NCBI GenBank assembly: GCA_040768745.1
Contig: JAXGMI010000002.1
Location: 512,001 to 576,000 of the forward strand
Length of the DNA: 64,000 bases
From: Desulfomicrobium sp.
GTDB taxonomy: Bacteria > Desulfobacterota > Desulfovibrionia > Desulfovibrionales > Desulfomicrobiaceae
Direction of reading: 5' to 3'
Every line of letters begins with the position of its first letter. The stretch's first letter is position 1. Shown one piece after another: positions 1 to 9,860 of this stretch. A model generated the notes under the pieces. It searched no databases. It was not told the DNA's origin and was given only the letters and a program-made list of their open reading frames with translations. The position numbers and the translations under genes are program-made.

Positions 1-1
1 A

Positions 2-439
2 CATGACGCAGCGTTCCTGACCCTGGGCGACCCCTTGCTCTACTCCACCTTCGCCTATCTGCTGCGCACCCTGCGGGGACTGGACCCGGATCTGACGGCC
101 AGCGTCATCCCTGGCATCACTTCCTTCCAGGCCGCTGCCGCGGCCACGGAAACCGTACTGGCGGAAGGCGCCGAGAATCTCGTCATCCTCCCGGGCATCC
201 GCGAACCCGCAGAGCTTCGCCATAACCTGGCCCAGGCAGACAATGCCGTGATCCTCAAGACATACACAAATTTTGCCGCCATACGGGAAGAACTGCGCAA
301 TTTTCCCTTGCAGACCCATTGCGTTTTCGCCTCAAGGGTGGGCATGAAGGAGGAACTCATCACCAGGAGCCTGGCGGAGGCCCCTGACAACCCGACCTAT
401 CTGTCGCTCATGCTCATGACAAAACGCAAACCACGCTGA
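2..439 (+). CDS. cbiL: Precorrin-2/cobalt-factor II C20-methyltransferase (5' truncated by window edge)
   Basis: Frame open from base 2: AFLTLGDPLLYSTF...VIPGITSF tetrapyrrole methylase motifs and a C-terminal YLS; lies upstream of cbiA. Confidence 0.85.
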   Translation, partial: HDAAFLTLGDPLLYSTFAYLLRTLRGLDPDLTASVIPGITSFQAAAAATETVLAEGAENLVILPGIREPAELRHNLAQADNAVILKTYTNFAAIREELRNFPLQTHCVFASRVGMKEELITRSLAEAPDNPTYLSLMLMTKRKPR

Positions 440-453
440 AAGCGAGGAACCAT

Positions 454-1806
454 ATGCCCAAAGCCATCATCATCGCCGGCACCTCCAGCGGTTGCGGCAA
501 GACATCCGTGGCCCTCGGATTGATGAAAGCATTTGCCCGCAAAAAACTCTCAGTCCAGGGCTTCAAGTCGGGACCTGACTTCATTGACCCGGGCCTGCAT
601 CGCATGGCCACAGGCCTGCCCAGCCACAATCTGGACGGATGGATGCTTCCGGCCGAGGAAATCCGTCGCATTTTCCGCCGCAACAACGAAGGCTGCGACC
701 TGTCCATCATAGAAGGGGCCATGGGGCTGTTCGACGGCATCGGCGCGAACAGGGAGGAGGGCTCAACGGCTCAATTGGCCAAGATACTCGACGTGCCCGT
801 GCTGCTGGTGGTCAACGCCCGGGGCATGGCCCGGTCCGCTGCCGCCCTGGTCAAGGGATACGCGGAGTTCGATCCGGATCTGCGCCTGGAGAGCGTCCTT
901 TTCAACATGACCGGCAGCCCAACCCATGGCCGCATCCTGGCCCAGGCCCTGGAGGTCCTGCCCAGCGTGCATGTGTTCGGCAGCCTTCCGCGCGTGTCGG
1001 ACCTGCAGTTGCCCTCCCGGCACCTTGGTCTGGTCACGGCCGAAGACCTGGATCGGCGGGAGGAACGGCTCAACGCCCTGGCTGACTGGGTGGAAAATGC
1101 CCTGGATCTGGATTCCCTGTACAAATCCCTGCCCGATTGCACCCTGCCAACCTTGAATGACGGAGGCAGCAAAATGCCGGAAATCCGCATTGGCTACGCC
1201 AGGGACCGGGCCTTCTGCTTCTACTACGAGGAAAACCTGCGCCTGCTGCGCCAGGCCGGAGCCGAACTGGTGCCATTCTCCCCTCTGCAGGACGCCCATC
1301 TGCCGCCGGCCCTGCGCGGACTGTACCTGGGCGGCGGATATCCGGAACTTCACGCCCGTGAATTAGCCGCCAATGAAACCATGCGGACCAAAATCCGCGA
1401 TTTTTGCCTGAGCGGCAAGCCGGTCTATGCCGAATGCGGGGGCTTCATGTACCTGATGCGCTCCATTGTCAGCCGCGCGGGCCAGGATCTGCCCATGGTC
1501 GGAGTCTTCGATTTCACCTGCTCCATGCAGGGACGGCACCAAGCCCTGGGGTACCGCGAGGTGGAACTCACCGGGTCCTGCTTCCTCGGCCAGGCCGGAG
1601 CCAAGGCCCGGGGGCATGAATTCCATTATTCTGTTCTGCACGGCGCAGATCCTGGGGTCACGGACATTTACAACGTCGTTGACCGCAGCGGCCATACAGC
1701 CAAAGGCGGATTTCTGAAAAACAACTGCCTGGGCTCCTACGTGCATCTGCACTTTGGTTCCAACCCGGCTATGGCAGCCCATTTTGTAGAGGCCTGCGGC
1801 GCATGA
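454..1806 (+). CDS. cbiA: Cobyrinate a,c-diamide synthase
   Basis: SGCGKT P-loop, KSGPDFID, EGAMGLFDG, GGGYPE, AECGG, HEFHYS; GAGG RBS. Confidence 0.95.
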   Translation: MPKAIIIAGTSSGCGKTSVALGLMKAFARKKLSVQGFKSGPDFIDPGLHRMATGLPSHNLDGWMLPAEEIRRIFRRNNEGCDLSIIEGAMGLFDGIGANREEGSTAQLAKILDVPVLLVVNARGMARSAAALVKGYAEFDPDLRLESVLFNMTGSPTHGRILAQALEVLPSVHVFGSLPRVSDLQLPSRHLGLVTAEDLDRREERLNALADWVENALDLDSLYKSLPDCTLPTLNDGGSKMPEIRIGYARDRAFCFYYEENLRLLRQAGAELVPFSPLQDAHLPPALRGLYLGGGYPELHARELAANETMRTKIRDFCLSGKPVYAECGGFMYLMRSIVSRAGQDLPMVGVFDFTCSMQGRHQALGYREVELTGSCFLGQAGAKARGHEFHYSVLHGADPGVTDIYNVVDRSGHTAKGGFLKNNCLGSYVHLHFGSNPAMAAHFVEACGA

Positions 1807-2876
1807 CCCTGCGTCAGGGCTTCACCACGGGCACTGCCGCAGCGGCCGCGGCCAAGGCCGCGACCTTGCATCTGTTGACTGGCCAAGGGCACACGACTGT
1901 GGACGTACCCCTCCCCACGGGAGAGCGCCTGACCATACCGGTGCTGGAAAGCAGGGCCGAGGCTGACGGCATCCTGGCCGCCGTGATCAAGGATGCGGGA
2001 GATGATCCGGACGTAACCCACCGGGCCGTGATCCGGGCCTGGGTCCGGCCCGGTGCAGGAGAGGGGGTGGTGCTGACGGGCGGGACCGGCGTGGGAGTGG
2101 TCACCCGGCCAGGTCTGCCCGTGACCGTCGGGCAACCAGCCATCAACCCCGTTCCGCAAATTCAGATCCGCCAGGCGGTGGCCGAGGCCCTGGGCGCCGG
2201 TCCGCGCGGCCTGCACGTCGAGATCCGCGTGGACCGGGGCGAGGAATTGGCCCGCAAGACCTTCAACCCTCGCCTGGGGATAGTCGGGGGCATTTCCATT
2301 CTCGGCACACGGGGCACGGTCAAGCCCTTCAGTCACTGGGCCTACCAGGCCACCATCCGCCAGTGCCTCGATGTCATGGTCGCCAATGCCGTCCCCTGCC
2401 CCTGCCTGACCACGGGTGGCCGCAGCGAGCGTTTCCTCCGCCGTGCCAGGCCCGAAATCGCAGCGGAAGCCTGCGTGCAGGTGGCTGATTTTTTTTTCTA
2501 TTCCATGCGCGAAGCGGGAAGACGCAGATTTGAAAACCTGTGCTGGGGTATCTTTTTCGGAAAACTGGTCAAACATGCCCAAGGCCATCGCTATACCCAC
2601 GCCCGCAGCGCGGGCCTGGACCTGAGGACCCTCGCCCTGTGGTGCGCCGGCTGCGGTTTTGAACCCGGGGTTTGCGACTTCGTGGCCAAGGCCAACACAG
2701 CCCGACAGGTTCTGGAGGAAATACACGACCACCCCAGGGCGTCCAGGCTCTTTGCCCTGCTTACGGACAAGGCCCGATTCTGGGCCAGAGCCTTTGCCGG
2801 GACAGACATGCGCGTGGACTATCTGCTGTTTGACTTCAACGGACGTGTTCTGCGTGACAGCCGGGAGGCGGCATGA
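1803..2876 (+). CDS. cbiD: Cobalt-precorrin-5B C1-methyltransferase
   Basis: LRQGFTTGTAAAAA, KDAGDDPDVTH, NPRLGIVGGISILGT; ATGA overlap with cbiA. Confidence 0.95.
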   Translation: MTLRQGFTTGTAAAAAAKAATLHLLTGQGHTTVDVPLPTGERLTIPVLESRAEADGILAAVIKDAGDDPDVTHRAVIRAWVRPGAGEGVVLTGGTGVGVVTRPGLPVTVGQPAINPVPQIQIRQAVAEALGAGPRGLHVEIRVDRGEELARKTFNPRLGIVGGISILGTRGTVKPFSHWAYQATIRQCLDVMVANAVPCPCLTTGGRSERFLRRARPEIAAEACVQVADFFFYSMREAGRRRFENLCWGIFFGKLVKHAQGHRYTHARSAGLDLRTLALWCAGCGFEPGVCDFVAKANTARQVLEEIHDHPRASRLFALLTDKARFWARAFAGTDMRVDYLLFDFNGRVLRDSREAA

Positions 2877-4105
2877 TCCACGTCATCGGTCTCGGCGTTG
2901 GCCCTGCGGACCCTCCCCCGGACGCCATGTCCCTCATCCGTGGCTCCGCGATGGTCGCCGGCGGAACCCGCATTCTTGACCGCCTGGGCATCGAGGAACG
3001 GCGGAGAATCTGTTTCACCCGTGCTGACGAATTTGCGGCCCACATCCGCGCCCATGCCGCATGGGGCGACGTCTGCGTGGTGGCCGACGGCGATCCCCTC
3101 CTGTTCGGCATCGGCACGACGTTGCTGCGTTTTTTTCCGGCCCAGGATCTGAATTTCCGGCCCAACGTCTCGGCCATGCAGGCTGCCTGCGCCCGTTTCG
3201 GGCTGCCCTGGGCGCACTGCGTCCCTCTGTCCATGCACGGACGATCCGATCTCGCTCCCCTCTTCGCGGCCCTGGCCAGAGGCAGTCTGGTGGCTGTCTA
3301 CACCGACCCTGAGCATGATCCCGGCAGACTGGCCCAGGCCTTGATGGAGCGGGGAGTTCAGGGCTGGCGCATGCATGTGGCGGAAGCCCTCGGCCTGCCC
3401 GAGGAGCGGCTGAGCAGCCTGGATCTGGACCGTGCGGCCGCGCAGTCGTGGCATCCCCTCAATCTCGTTCTTTTTGAGCGGATGAGCCCGCCACCCCTGG
3501 ACCTCTGCCTGGGTCTCGATGATTCCCTCCTGGCCCATGACCAAGAGCTCATAACCAAGCAACCCGTGCGCGCCCTTGCCCTCTCGCTGTTGCGTCTTGC
3601 CCCTGACTCCACCCTGTGGGACCTCGGAGCGGGCAGCGGGGCCGTCAGCCTGGAAGCGGCACGGCTCGTCCCGTACGGACGGATCATCGCGGTGGAACGG
3701 CACCCTTCCAGGCTCCAGCACATCAGAGAAAATATCCTCCGTACCGGGGCCTGGCTGGTGGAACCGGTATGTGCCGATGTGGGCGAATTCCTCGCCAGGG
3801 AATCCTCTCAAACAACAATGACCCCATCCTCCCCTACCCGCATTTTCCTTGGAGGAGGGGCAACCCACCACACCCTGAGCCGCTGCTGCGACCTCTTGCA
3901 TCCCGGCGGGTACATGGTTGTGTCGGCAGTGCTTCTTTCAACCCTGGTAATGACGCGCTCCCTGCTTTCTGAACGAGGATGGCCCTGCACCATCCACCAG
4001 ATCGCACACAACAAAAGCGTCCCCCTGGGCAAGGACCTGCGATTTGTGCCATCAAATCCTGTTTTTCTTGTTGAAACCCATAAACATCAAGCGATGCATG
4101 AATAA
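2873..4105 (+). CDS. cbiET: Bifunctional cobalt-precorrin-7 C5 / 6B C15-methyltransferase
   Basis: N-terminal GDPLLFGIG methylase domain; C-terminal ITKQPVR...WDLGAGSGAVS SAM-binding domain. Confidence 0.9.
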   Translation: MIHVIGLGVGPADPPPDAMSLIRGSAMVAGGTRILDRLGIEERRRICFTRADEFAAHIRAHAAWGDVCVVADGDPLLFGIGTTLLRFFPAQDLNFRPNVSAMQAACARFGLPWAHCVPLSMHGRSDLAPLFAALARGSLVAVYTDPEHDPGRLAQALMERGVQGWRMHVAEALGLPEERLSSLDLDRAAAQSWHPLNLVLFERMSPPPLDLCLGLDDSLLAHDQELITKQPVRALALSLLRLAPDSTLWDLGAGSGAVSLEAARLVPYGRIIAVERHPSRLQHIRENILRTGAWLVEPVCADVGEFLARESSQTTMTPSSPTRIFLGGGATHHTLSRCCDLLHPGGYMVVSAVLLSTLVMTRSLLSERGWPCTIHQIAHNKSVPLGKDLRFVPSNPVFLVETHKHQAMHE

Positions 4106-5879
4106 ATCACCGCATGTCTGGTTTGTCGGTGCAGGACCTGGAGACCCGGGCCTGATCACTGTCCGGGGACAGGAATGCATTCGTCAGGCTGATCTGGTCC
4201 TCTACGCAGGCTCCCTGGTTCCCAGGGAAGTGGTGGCCTGCGCCAAATCCGGCGCACTGGTTTTGGACTCAGCCGGCATGAGCCTGGAAGAGACACATGC
4301 CCTTGTCCTTGAGACGGTGCAGCGCGGGGGAACTGTGGCCCGGGTCCATACTGGGGACCCGTCCCTGTACGGGACCATCCGGGAACAAGGGGCCCTCCTC
4401 GAACGCGATGGCGTAGCCTGGGCCATCGTTCCGGGGGTGACCGCCGCATTCGCCGCTGCGGCGCGGGCCAAGGTGTCCTTCACCGTGCCGGAATCCACCC
4501 AGAGCCTGGTCCTCACCCGTCTGGCCGGGCGTACGCCCGTTCCCCGATCCGAATCGTTGCGCCATTTCGCCGCCCATGGCTCTTCGGTGGCCGTATACCT
4601 CTCCGCAGACAAGACCACATTGCTGGCAGAGGAACTGCGCCAAGCCGGACTGCCCGCAGACACAGTCATTGTCGTCGGACACAAGGTCGGACATCCCGGA
4701 GAACAGATTCTGCGCACCAGCCTTGCCGACCTGGAACAGAGGGTGCGGGAGTTCGACATCGACCGCCAGGCCGTGTTTCTGATCCTGCCCGGGGAGTCTG
4801 CTCCGGAAACCATGTCCCGGCTCTACGCCGCATCTTTTGGCCACGGATTCCGCAGGGCGATCCGCCCTGACACCTGGACCCGCCTGGCCGTCTACGCCTT
4901 GACCGCACAGGGTTTAGCCCTGGCCAGGCGCATGGTTTCAGCCTGGCCGGGAGACATTTTTGTGCCCCGCCGCCTGGCGGACAGCGATACCGTTGCCTTT
5001 GCCCGCCTGTCTGAACAGGTGCGGGCCAATTTCGGAGCCTATCACGCCCATGTCTTCGTTGCGGCGGCAGGCATAGTGGTCCGCACCATCGCCCCGCTGC
5101 TGCAGGACAAGACGGCGGATCCGGCCGTCATTGTCTGCGACCACGCTGGGCAGCATGTCATCAGCCTTTTGTCCGGGCACCTTGGCGGCGCCAACGACCT
5201 CGCCCGCCGCATAGCGAAACACCTCGGAGGCCAGGCCGTCATCACCACGGCTACGGACACCTGCGCCAGCCCGGCCATGGATGTACTGGCCCGGGAAAAG
5301 GGTTGCACCATCGCCGACCCGTCCCGCATCAAGGCCGTGAATTCCGCCCTGGCCGAAGGATTGCCGGTCATGGTACACGATCCGGAGCAGTATCTGGGAA
5401 TTTCCGACCATCCGGCATTCAATCTCGTTTCTGATCCCGAGACGGCCCAGGTGGTTGTGACGTGGCAGAACCGCCCGCACCAGGGGCTGGTCCTGCATCC
5501 CATGTGCCTGGTGGCCGGCATCGGCTGCCGCAGGGGGGTCCACAGGGAGGATATCCTCGCCGCTCTGGACCAGGTCTTTGCCGCTCACCACTTGGCGCCG
5601 CAAAGTCTCCGATCCCTGGTCAGCGTGGACCTCAAGAAGGATGAATCCGGCCTCCTCCAGACGGGCCGAGACATCGGCGTGCCTCTGGAATTTCTGGACC
5701 GATCGTGCCTGGAACGAATCCAGGTTCCCAACCCGTCGAACACAGTGCTGAAACAAATTGGAGTGTCCAGCGTATGCGAAGCAGCGGCCCTGATGGTGGC
5801 CAGGAAAAACAATCCCTCGGCAAAACTCATCGTCCCCAAGACGATTGTGGGCCCGGTTACGGTGGCCGTGGCCGTTTGA
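4098..5879 (+). CDS. cbiF: CbiF (precorrin-4 C11-methyltransferase)-CbiG (cobalt-precorrin-5A hydrolase) fusion
   Basis: N-half VGAGPGDP/RVHTGDPSLYG; C-half GIVVR..DK..DPAV, SLLSGHLGGAN, VITTATD, GIGCRRG, SVCEAAA. Start placed at ATG 4098 (MNKSPH). Confidence 0.9.
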   Translation: MNKSPHVWFVGAGPGDPGLITVRGQECIRQADLVLYAGSLVPREVVACAKSGALVLDSAGMSLEETHALVLETVQRGGTVARVHTGDPSLYGTIREQGALLERDGVAWAIVPGVTAAFAAAARAKVSFTVPESTQSLVLTRLAGRTPVPRSESLRHFAAHGSSVAVYLSADKTTLLAEELRQAGLPADTVIVVGHKVGHPGEQILRTSLADLEQRVREFDIDRQAVFLILPGESAPETMSRLYAASFGHGFRRAIRPDTWTRLAVYALTAQGLALARRMVSAWPGDIFVPRRLADSDTVAFARLSEQVRANFGAYHAHVFVAAAGIVVRTIAPLLQDKTADPAVIVCDHAGQHVISLLSGHLGGANDLARRIAKHLGGQAVITTATDTCASPAMDVLAREKGCTIADPSRIKAVNSALAEGLPVMVHDPEQYLGISDHPAFNLVSDPETAQVVVTWQNRPHQGLVLHPMCLVAGIGCRRGVHREDILAALDQVFAAHHLAPQSLRSLVSVDLKKDESGLLQTGRDIGVPLEFLDRSCLERIQVPNPSNTVLKQIGVSSVCEAAALMVARKNNPSAKLIVPKTIVGPVTVAVAV

Positions 5880-6619
5880 CCGTCATCGGCCTCGGCCCAG
5901 GCACTGCCGGACTTCTCCCGCCCATGGCCCTGCACTGCCTGATCCAGGCCCAGGCCGTGGTCGGATACGACAGGTATGTCGATCTGGTGGATCCGGGACT
6001 GCTGCAGGGCAAGACCCTGTTCTCCAGCCCCATGAAAAAAGAGATGGAACGCACCCAAAAGGCTGTGCAGTTGGCCCTGGACGGCATGAACACAGTGGTG
6101 GTCTCGTCTGGAGACAGCGGTATCTACGGCATGGCCGGACTGGTGCTGGAATATCTGGAGCGATGGGCGTTGGTGGACAGGATCGACCTGCAGATCATCC
6201 CCGGCATCCCGGCTCTGTGCGCTGCGGCAGCCCTGCTGGGCGCTCCGCTGATGCACGACTTCGCCTGCGTCTCCCTCTCGGACCTGCTCACTCCGCTGCC
6301 CACTATCATGAAGCGGATTTGGGCCGCGGCTGAGGCGGACTTCGTCTTGGTTCTGTACAACCCCAAATCCCGAAGGCGCAGTTCATATCTCGCCGATGTC
6401 CTCGATATCGTGGCCCGCCAGCGAGGTCCTCAGACCCCGGTGGGGTTCGTGCGCAACGCCTTCCGTCAGGACCAGGAGGTCCTTGCGACCACCCTGGAAT
6501 CGTGTGATCCGGACCGGGCCGACATGCTGACCATCGTAATTGTCGGCAACAGCGCCAGTCGATTGGTCAGCGACAAGATCCTGACTCCACGGGGGTATTT
6601 CGAAAAGTATGGAGTGTGA
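5876..6619 (+). CDS. cbiH: Precorrin-3B C17-methyltransferase
   Basis: LTVIGLGPG, SSGDSGIYGMAG, LGAPLMHDFA..SLSDLLTP, LYNP, TPRGY. Probable TTG start overlapping the upstream TGA (TTGA); start uncertain. Confidence 0.9.
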   Translation: MTVIGLGPGTAGLLPPMALHCLIQAQAVVGYDRYVDLVDPGLLQGKTLFSSPMKKEMERTQKAVQLALDGMNTVVVSSGDSGIYGMAGLVLEYLERWALVDRIDLQIIPGIPALCAAAALLGAPLMHDFACVSLSDLLTPLPTIMKRIWAAAEADFVLVLYNPKSRRRSSYLADVLDIVARQRGPQTPVGFVRNAFRQDQEVLATTLESCDPDRADMLTIVIVGNSASRLVSDKILTPRGYFEKYGV

Positions 6620-6637
6620 TCCGGTAGCCTGGGAACG

Positions 6638-8245
6638 CTAAGTCTCGTCCCTGTGCAGAATATTGAGCAAATCGTTTTTGAGCATCCACAACACCGTGCT
6701 TCCCAAAGCCGGAGAGCTGCATTCCTCAGCCAGCCTGCCCCAGGCAATTCCCCTCCGGGCCCGGACCAGAATGAACCGCATCAGATCCAGATCGATCCGA
6801 TCCTCTATCCCCGCATACATCACGGGATGATCCTGCCCCCGGTACACGGCCCGGCCCAGGTCCGTGGCCTCCAGGACATGACTCTCGTGCAAACGCCCAC
6901 TTGCATAGACGCTGAACACACGGCCGTAATCCAGGGCCAACGGATGCCAAAACGCCCCTTGGCCGGGCAAGGGACAGGGCTCTTCATGCAACCGCTCCCA
7001 CAATGCCAGATATTGCTTCACAATCTTCGGCCAGTCGAACTTGCGGGCATGCTCCCGGGCAGCTGCGCCCATGCGTTCCCGCTCCCCGGGGTCGATCAGT
7101 CGGGCCAGATACCCGGCCAGAATGGCCACATCCACAGCCACGTCCTGGGCCAGCCAGAGGTGGTAGACGCTGTCGTACAGCAGGGGGGCCATGAGGCCGA
7201 CCGTCTCATCCATTCCGCTGTCCATGGTCGGCACCAGCAGCCCTGTCTGACCATGCAGGACCAGGTCCCGATAGCCGTCATAATCTGAGGCGATGACGGG
7301 CTTGCCTGCTGCCCCTGCCTCCAGCAGGGTCAACCCGAAGGTCTCCTGGGGATTGTCGGCCAGGGACACAACCACATCGGCCCGATGCAGCAGGGCCTTT
7401 TTGACCTCGTCATCCGGGCAGCGGACCACCACGATCTCCAGGCCGATATTGGCCCCCAGACTGGCCAGGGTCCCGGGCAGCTCCGTTCCCTCGTCGGCCC
7501 CTCCGGCCAGGACCAGACAAATCCCTCCGAGATCCGTTCCGGCCCGGCCCAATCGCTGGAACGCCCGCAGGAGAGGCAGGATGTCCATCTTTGAATAGGG
7601 GCTGATCCGCCCTGGAACGAGAAACACGGTTTTGGCATCCGGAACTCCTGCCAATGGCGCATGTCCCTCTCTGACGAATTCGTCGCGCCACACCCCTAGC
7701 GGGACCAGCTCCACCTGCGGAACCGTGGCGTCGGGCATCCTCTCCAGCAATCCCTGCAGCATGTTGCGCACCACGCTTGCTCCGGCCCGGGACGTGGCCA
7801 CAATGCAGTCCCGCCGGGTGACCCCGGACCAGACGTGCTGGGCGATGGCCTGGCCGTAACGGGCATAGGACAGGGAATGGGTCACGCCGGTGACGGGAAA
7901 AGCGGTGCATGACACGCGGTTCCGCAGGGCTGCCAGAAAGCCTTGGGTCGTCATGCAGTCCGACAGGTGAAAGCAGTGGTAGGCCGTTGAGGCTATCCTG
8001 GAGGGCAGTTCGGTGCGCGGAAGGATGCGGATTTTCGGACCGAGACCGGGATGATACTGCTGGACAAAGTCATGTACCGCCTGACCGGAAAGGGCGTCCG
8101 GGAGAAAAAAATGGTACCCGTCAAACGGGTCGACCGTCAGCAGGGCTTGGATGAACCCCCTGTTGGCCACTTTGCGCCCGAGAACAGGGCCTCTTTCCAC
8201 GAATGGGTCCAGCGTTCCCCAGATCAAACCCGATGGTTCTTTCAT
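6638..8245 (-). CDS. Glycosyltransferase family 4 protein
   Basis: GR.SPYSK and ETFGLTLLEAGAAGKPVIASDYDGY (EX7E) GT-B motifs; start could alternatively be 8278. Confidence 0.85.
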   Translation of the reverse strand: MKEPSGLIWGTLDPFVERGPVLGRKVANRGFIQALLTVDPFDGYHFFLPDALSGQAVHDFVQQYHPGLGPKIRILPRTELPSRIASTAYHCFHLSDCMTTQGFLAALRNRVSCTAFPVTGVTHSLSYARYGQAIAQHVWSGVTRRDCIVATSRAGASVVRNMLQGLLERMPDATVPQVELVPLGVWRDEFVREGHAPLAGVPDAKTVFLVPGRISPYSKMDILPLLRAFQRLGRAGTDLGGICLVLAGGADEGTELPGTLASLGANIGLEIVVVRCPDDEVKKALLHRADVVVSLADNPQETFGLTLLEAGAAGKPVIASDYDGYRDLVLHGQTGLLVPTMDSGMDETVGLMAPLLYDSVYHLWLAQDVAVDVAILAGYLARLIDPGERERMGAAAREHARKFDWPKIVKQYLALWERLHEEPCPLPGQGAFWHPLALDYGRVFSVYASGRLHESHVLEATDLGRAVYRGQDHPVMYAGIEDRIDLDLMRFILVRARRGIAWGRLAEECSSPALGSTVLWMLKNDLLNILHRDET

Positions 8246-8365
8246 GCATGCAGCCAAAGCAATATTCGCGCCTGTCATGCCTGCCTTGGCAGCAGCGTTC
8301 CTATCTTGGCAATGAATTTGCTAGGTTGGGATACGGCGTCATTTTTCCCTGCTGCGGAGGATTCA

Positions 8366-9823
8366 ATGGAGATGGCCATCAGGACCTGTCTTGGACTCAA
8401 CTTGAAGTCGCATCTGGCCGGTGCGTTGACCGGGCTTCTCCCGGAAAACCATGTGCTGCACAACCGCTCGACAGGTTTTGTCCTGAAATTTCTGGAATCT
8501 ACCGATCGGCCCCAAAGCGGTATCCTGTTCGTGCCCGCGTCCTCATGGCGAGCCTTGAGCCCGGAAGACCGGGAGGCCCTGCAAAGCCACCAGTCCTGGC
8601 CATTCCTGCTCATTGCGGACGTTTGCGAGGGGGAGGTACTGGAATACATGGCTTCCGGGGCCTTTCTCGGGCTCGTCACCCTACCGCTGGACGAGGCAAA
8701 AATTACCCGTGCCCTGACCCAGGCCGAAGAGGTCTCGGTCATGTATCAGGACATCTTCATGATGGCCCGTGAAATAAGCCTGGAACGGGAACTCCTGGCC
8801 CGCAAGAATGAACAGTTGACATTTTTGAACCAGTTGCTGACCAAGGCCAGCCAAACACTTGACCCTGCTGTCATCCTGTCCTCCGCCGCCGACGACCTGA
8901 ACCTGCTCCTGCAGGTCAGCGCGGTCATGGCCGTATTCTGGAATGGGCGTCAGGGGCAGATCGAAGCGGAACTCTTTCTGCCCGACAACCTTGCCAGCGA
9001 GCGTCAGGATCAGTGGATCACCCATCTCTTGAGCGTGGCCAAACGGCTGGGAAGGTCAGAGGTGAGCGGATACCAGGTGTCTTTTCTCGCACCCCGAAAA
9101 GAGGCCCAGTACATGTCCCCTGAACTGGAACAGATTCTGACCCAGCCCTTGAGCGTGGGGGACGATCCTTTCGGAGCGTTGGTCATCTGTTCGACAGAGG
9201 CCTCGACCCTGGGGCAGGACCGCCTGCGTGTCCTTGGATCGGCGGCCAACCATCTTGCCTTGGCCATGCGCAACAGTCTTGAATTCCGCAAGACCAAAGC
9301 ACAGTCAGACCATGACGGTCTGACCCGTATCGCCAATCGTCAGCACTTTGACATGCGTTTGCGCGAGGAAATGAAGCGGCATCAACGCCACCAGGATGAA
9401 CTCAGCCTGCTGATGCTCGATCTGGACTATTTCAAGTCCATAAACGACACCTACGGCCATCAGGCCGGCGACCAGGTGCTCAGGGAGGTCGGCAGGATTC
9501 TGCAAAAAACATTGCGTGAATCAGATTTTCCGGCCCGATATGGGGGTGAGGAATTCGTCATTATCCTGCCCCAGACCAGGGAAGATCAGGCCTGGATGCT
9601 GGCCGAGCGCCTGCGGGCCATTATCAGCCAGTCCATTTTCCAGTTCCAGCAAAAGATGTTCAGGGTCACCGTCTCCATTGGCATTGCAGGTCTCAAGCCA
9701 GGGGCCTTGGCCCCCCCGGAGGAGCTCATCCACATCGCGGACCAGGCTCTGTACCGGGCCAAGACCAGCGGACGAAACATGGTGTGCAGTTCGTCCATCC
9801 TGGATGCCGCATCGATGCAATGA
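8366..9823 (+). CDS. Diguanylate cyclase (receiver-like N-terminus, GAF-like region, GGDEF)
   Basis: DGLTRIANR, DLDYFKSINDTYGH.AGD, RESD I-site, GGEEF; GGAGG RBS before ATG 8366. Confidence 0.9.
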   Translation: MEMAIRTCLGLNLKSHLAGALTGLLPENHVLHNRSTGFVLKFLESTDRPQSGILFVPASSWRALSPEDREALQSHQSWPFLLIADVCEGEVLEYMASGAFLGLVTLPLDEAKITRALTQAEEVSVMYQDIFMMAREISLERELLARKNEQLTFLNQLLTKASQTLDPAVILSSAADDLNLLLQVSAVMAVFWNGRQGQIEAELFLPDNLASERQDQWITHLLSVAKRLGRSEVSGYQVSFLAPRKEAQYMSPELEQILTQPLSVGDDPFGALVICSTEASTLGQDRLRVLGSAANHLALAMRNSLEFRKTKAQSDHDGLTRIANRQHFDMRLREEMKRHQRHQDELSLLMLDLDYFKSINDTYGHQAGDQVLREVGRILQKTLRESDFPARYGGEEFVIILPQTREDQAWMLAERLRAIISQSIFQFQQKMFRVTVSIGIAGLKPGALAPPEELIHIADQALYRAKTSGRNMVCSSSILDAASMQ

Positions 9824-9825
9824 AA

Positions 9826-9845
9826 AAGGGGCTTTCGAGCCCCTT
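9826..9845. terminator. Hairpin between convergent DGC and map genes
   Basis: AAGGGGCT-TTCG-AGCCCCTT; the A-run on the left gives a U-tail on the minus strand. Confidence 0.7.
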
Positions 9846-9860
9846 CACGGCACGCCCAAA

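Noticed and set aside
8051..8365. N-terminal extension of the diguanylate cyclase
   Set aside because: Overlaps the divergent GT4 gene; a good RBS precedes ATG 8366.
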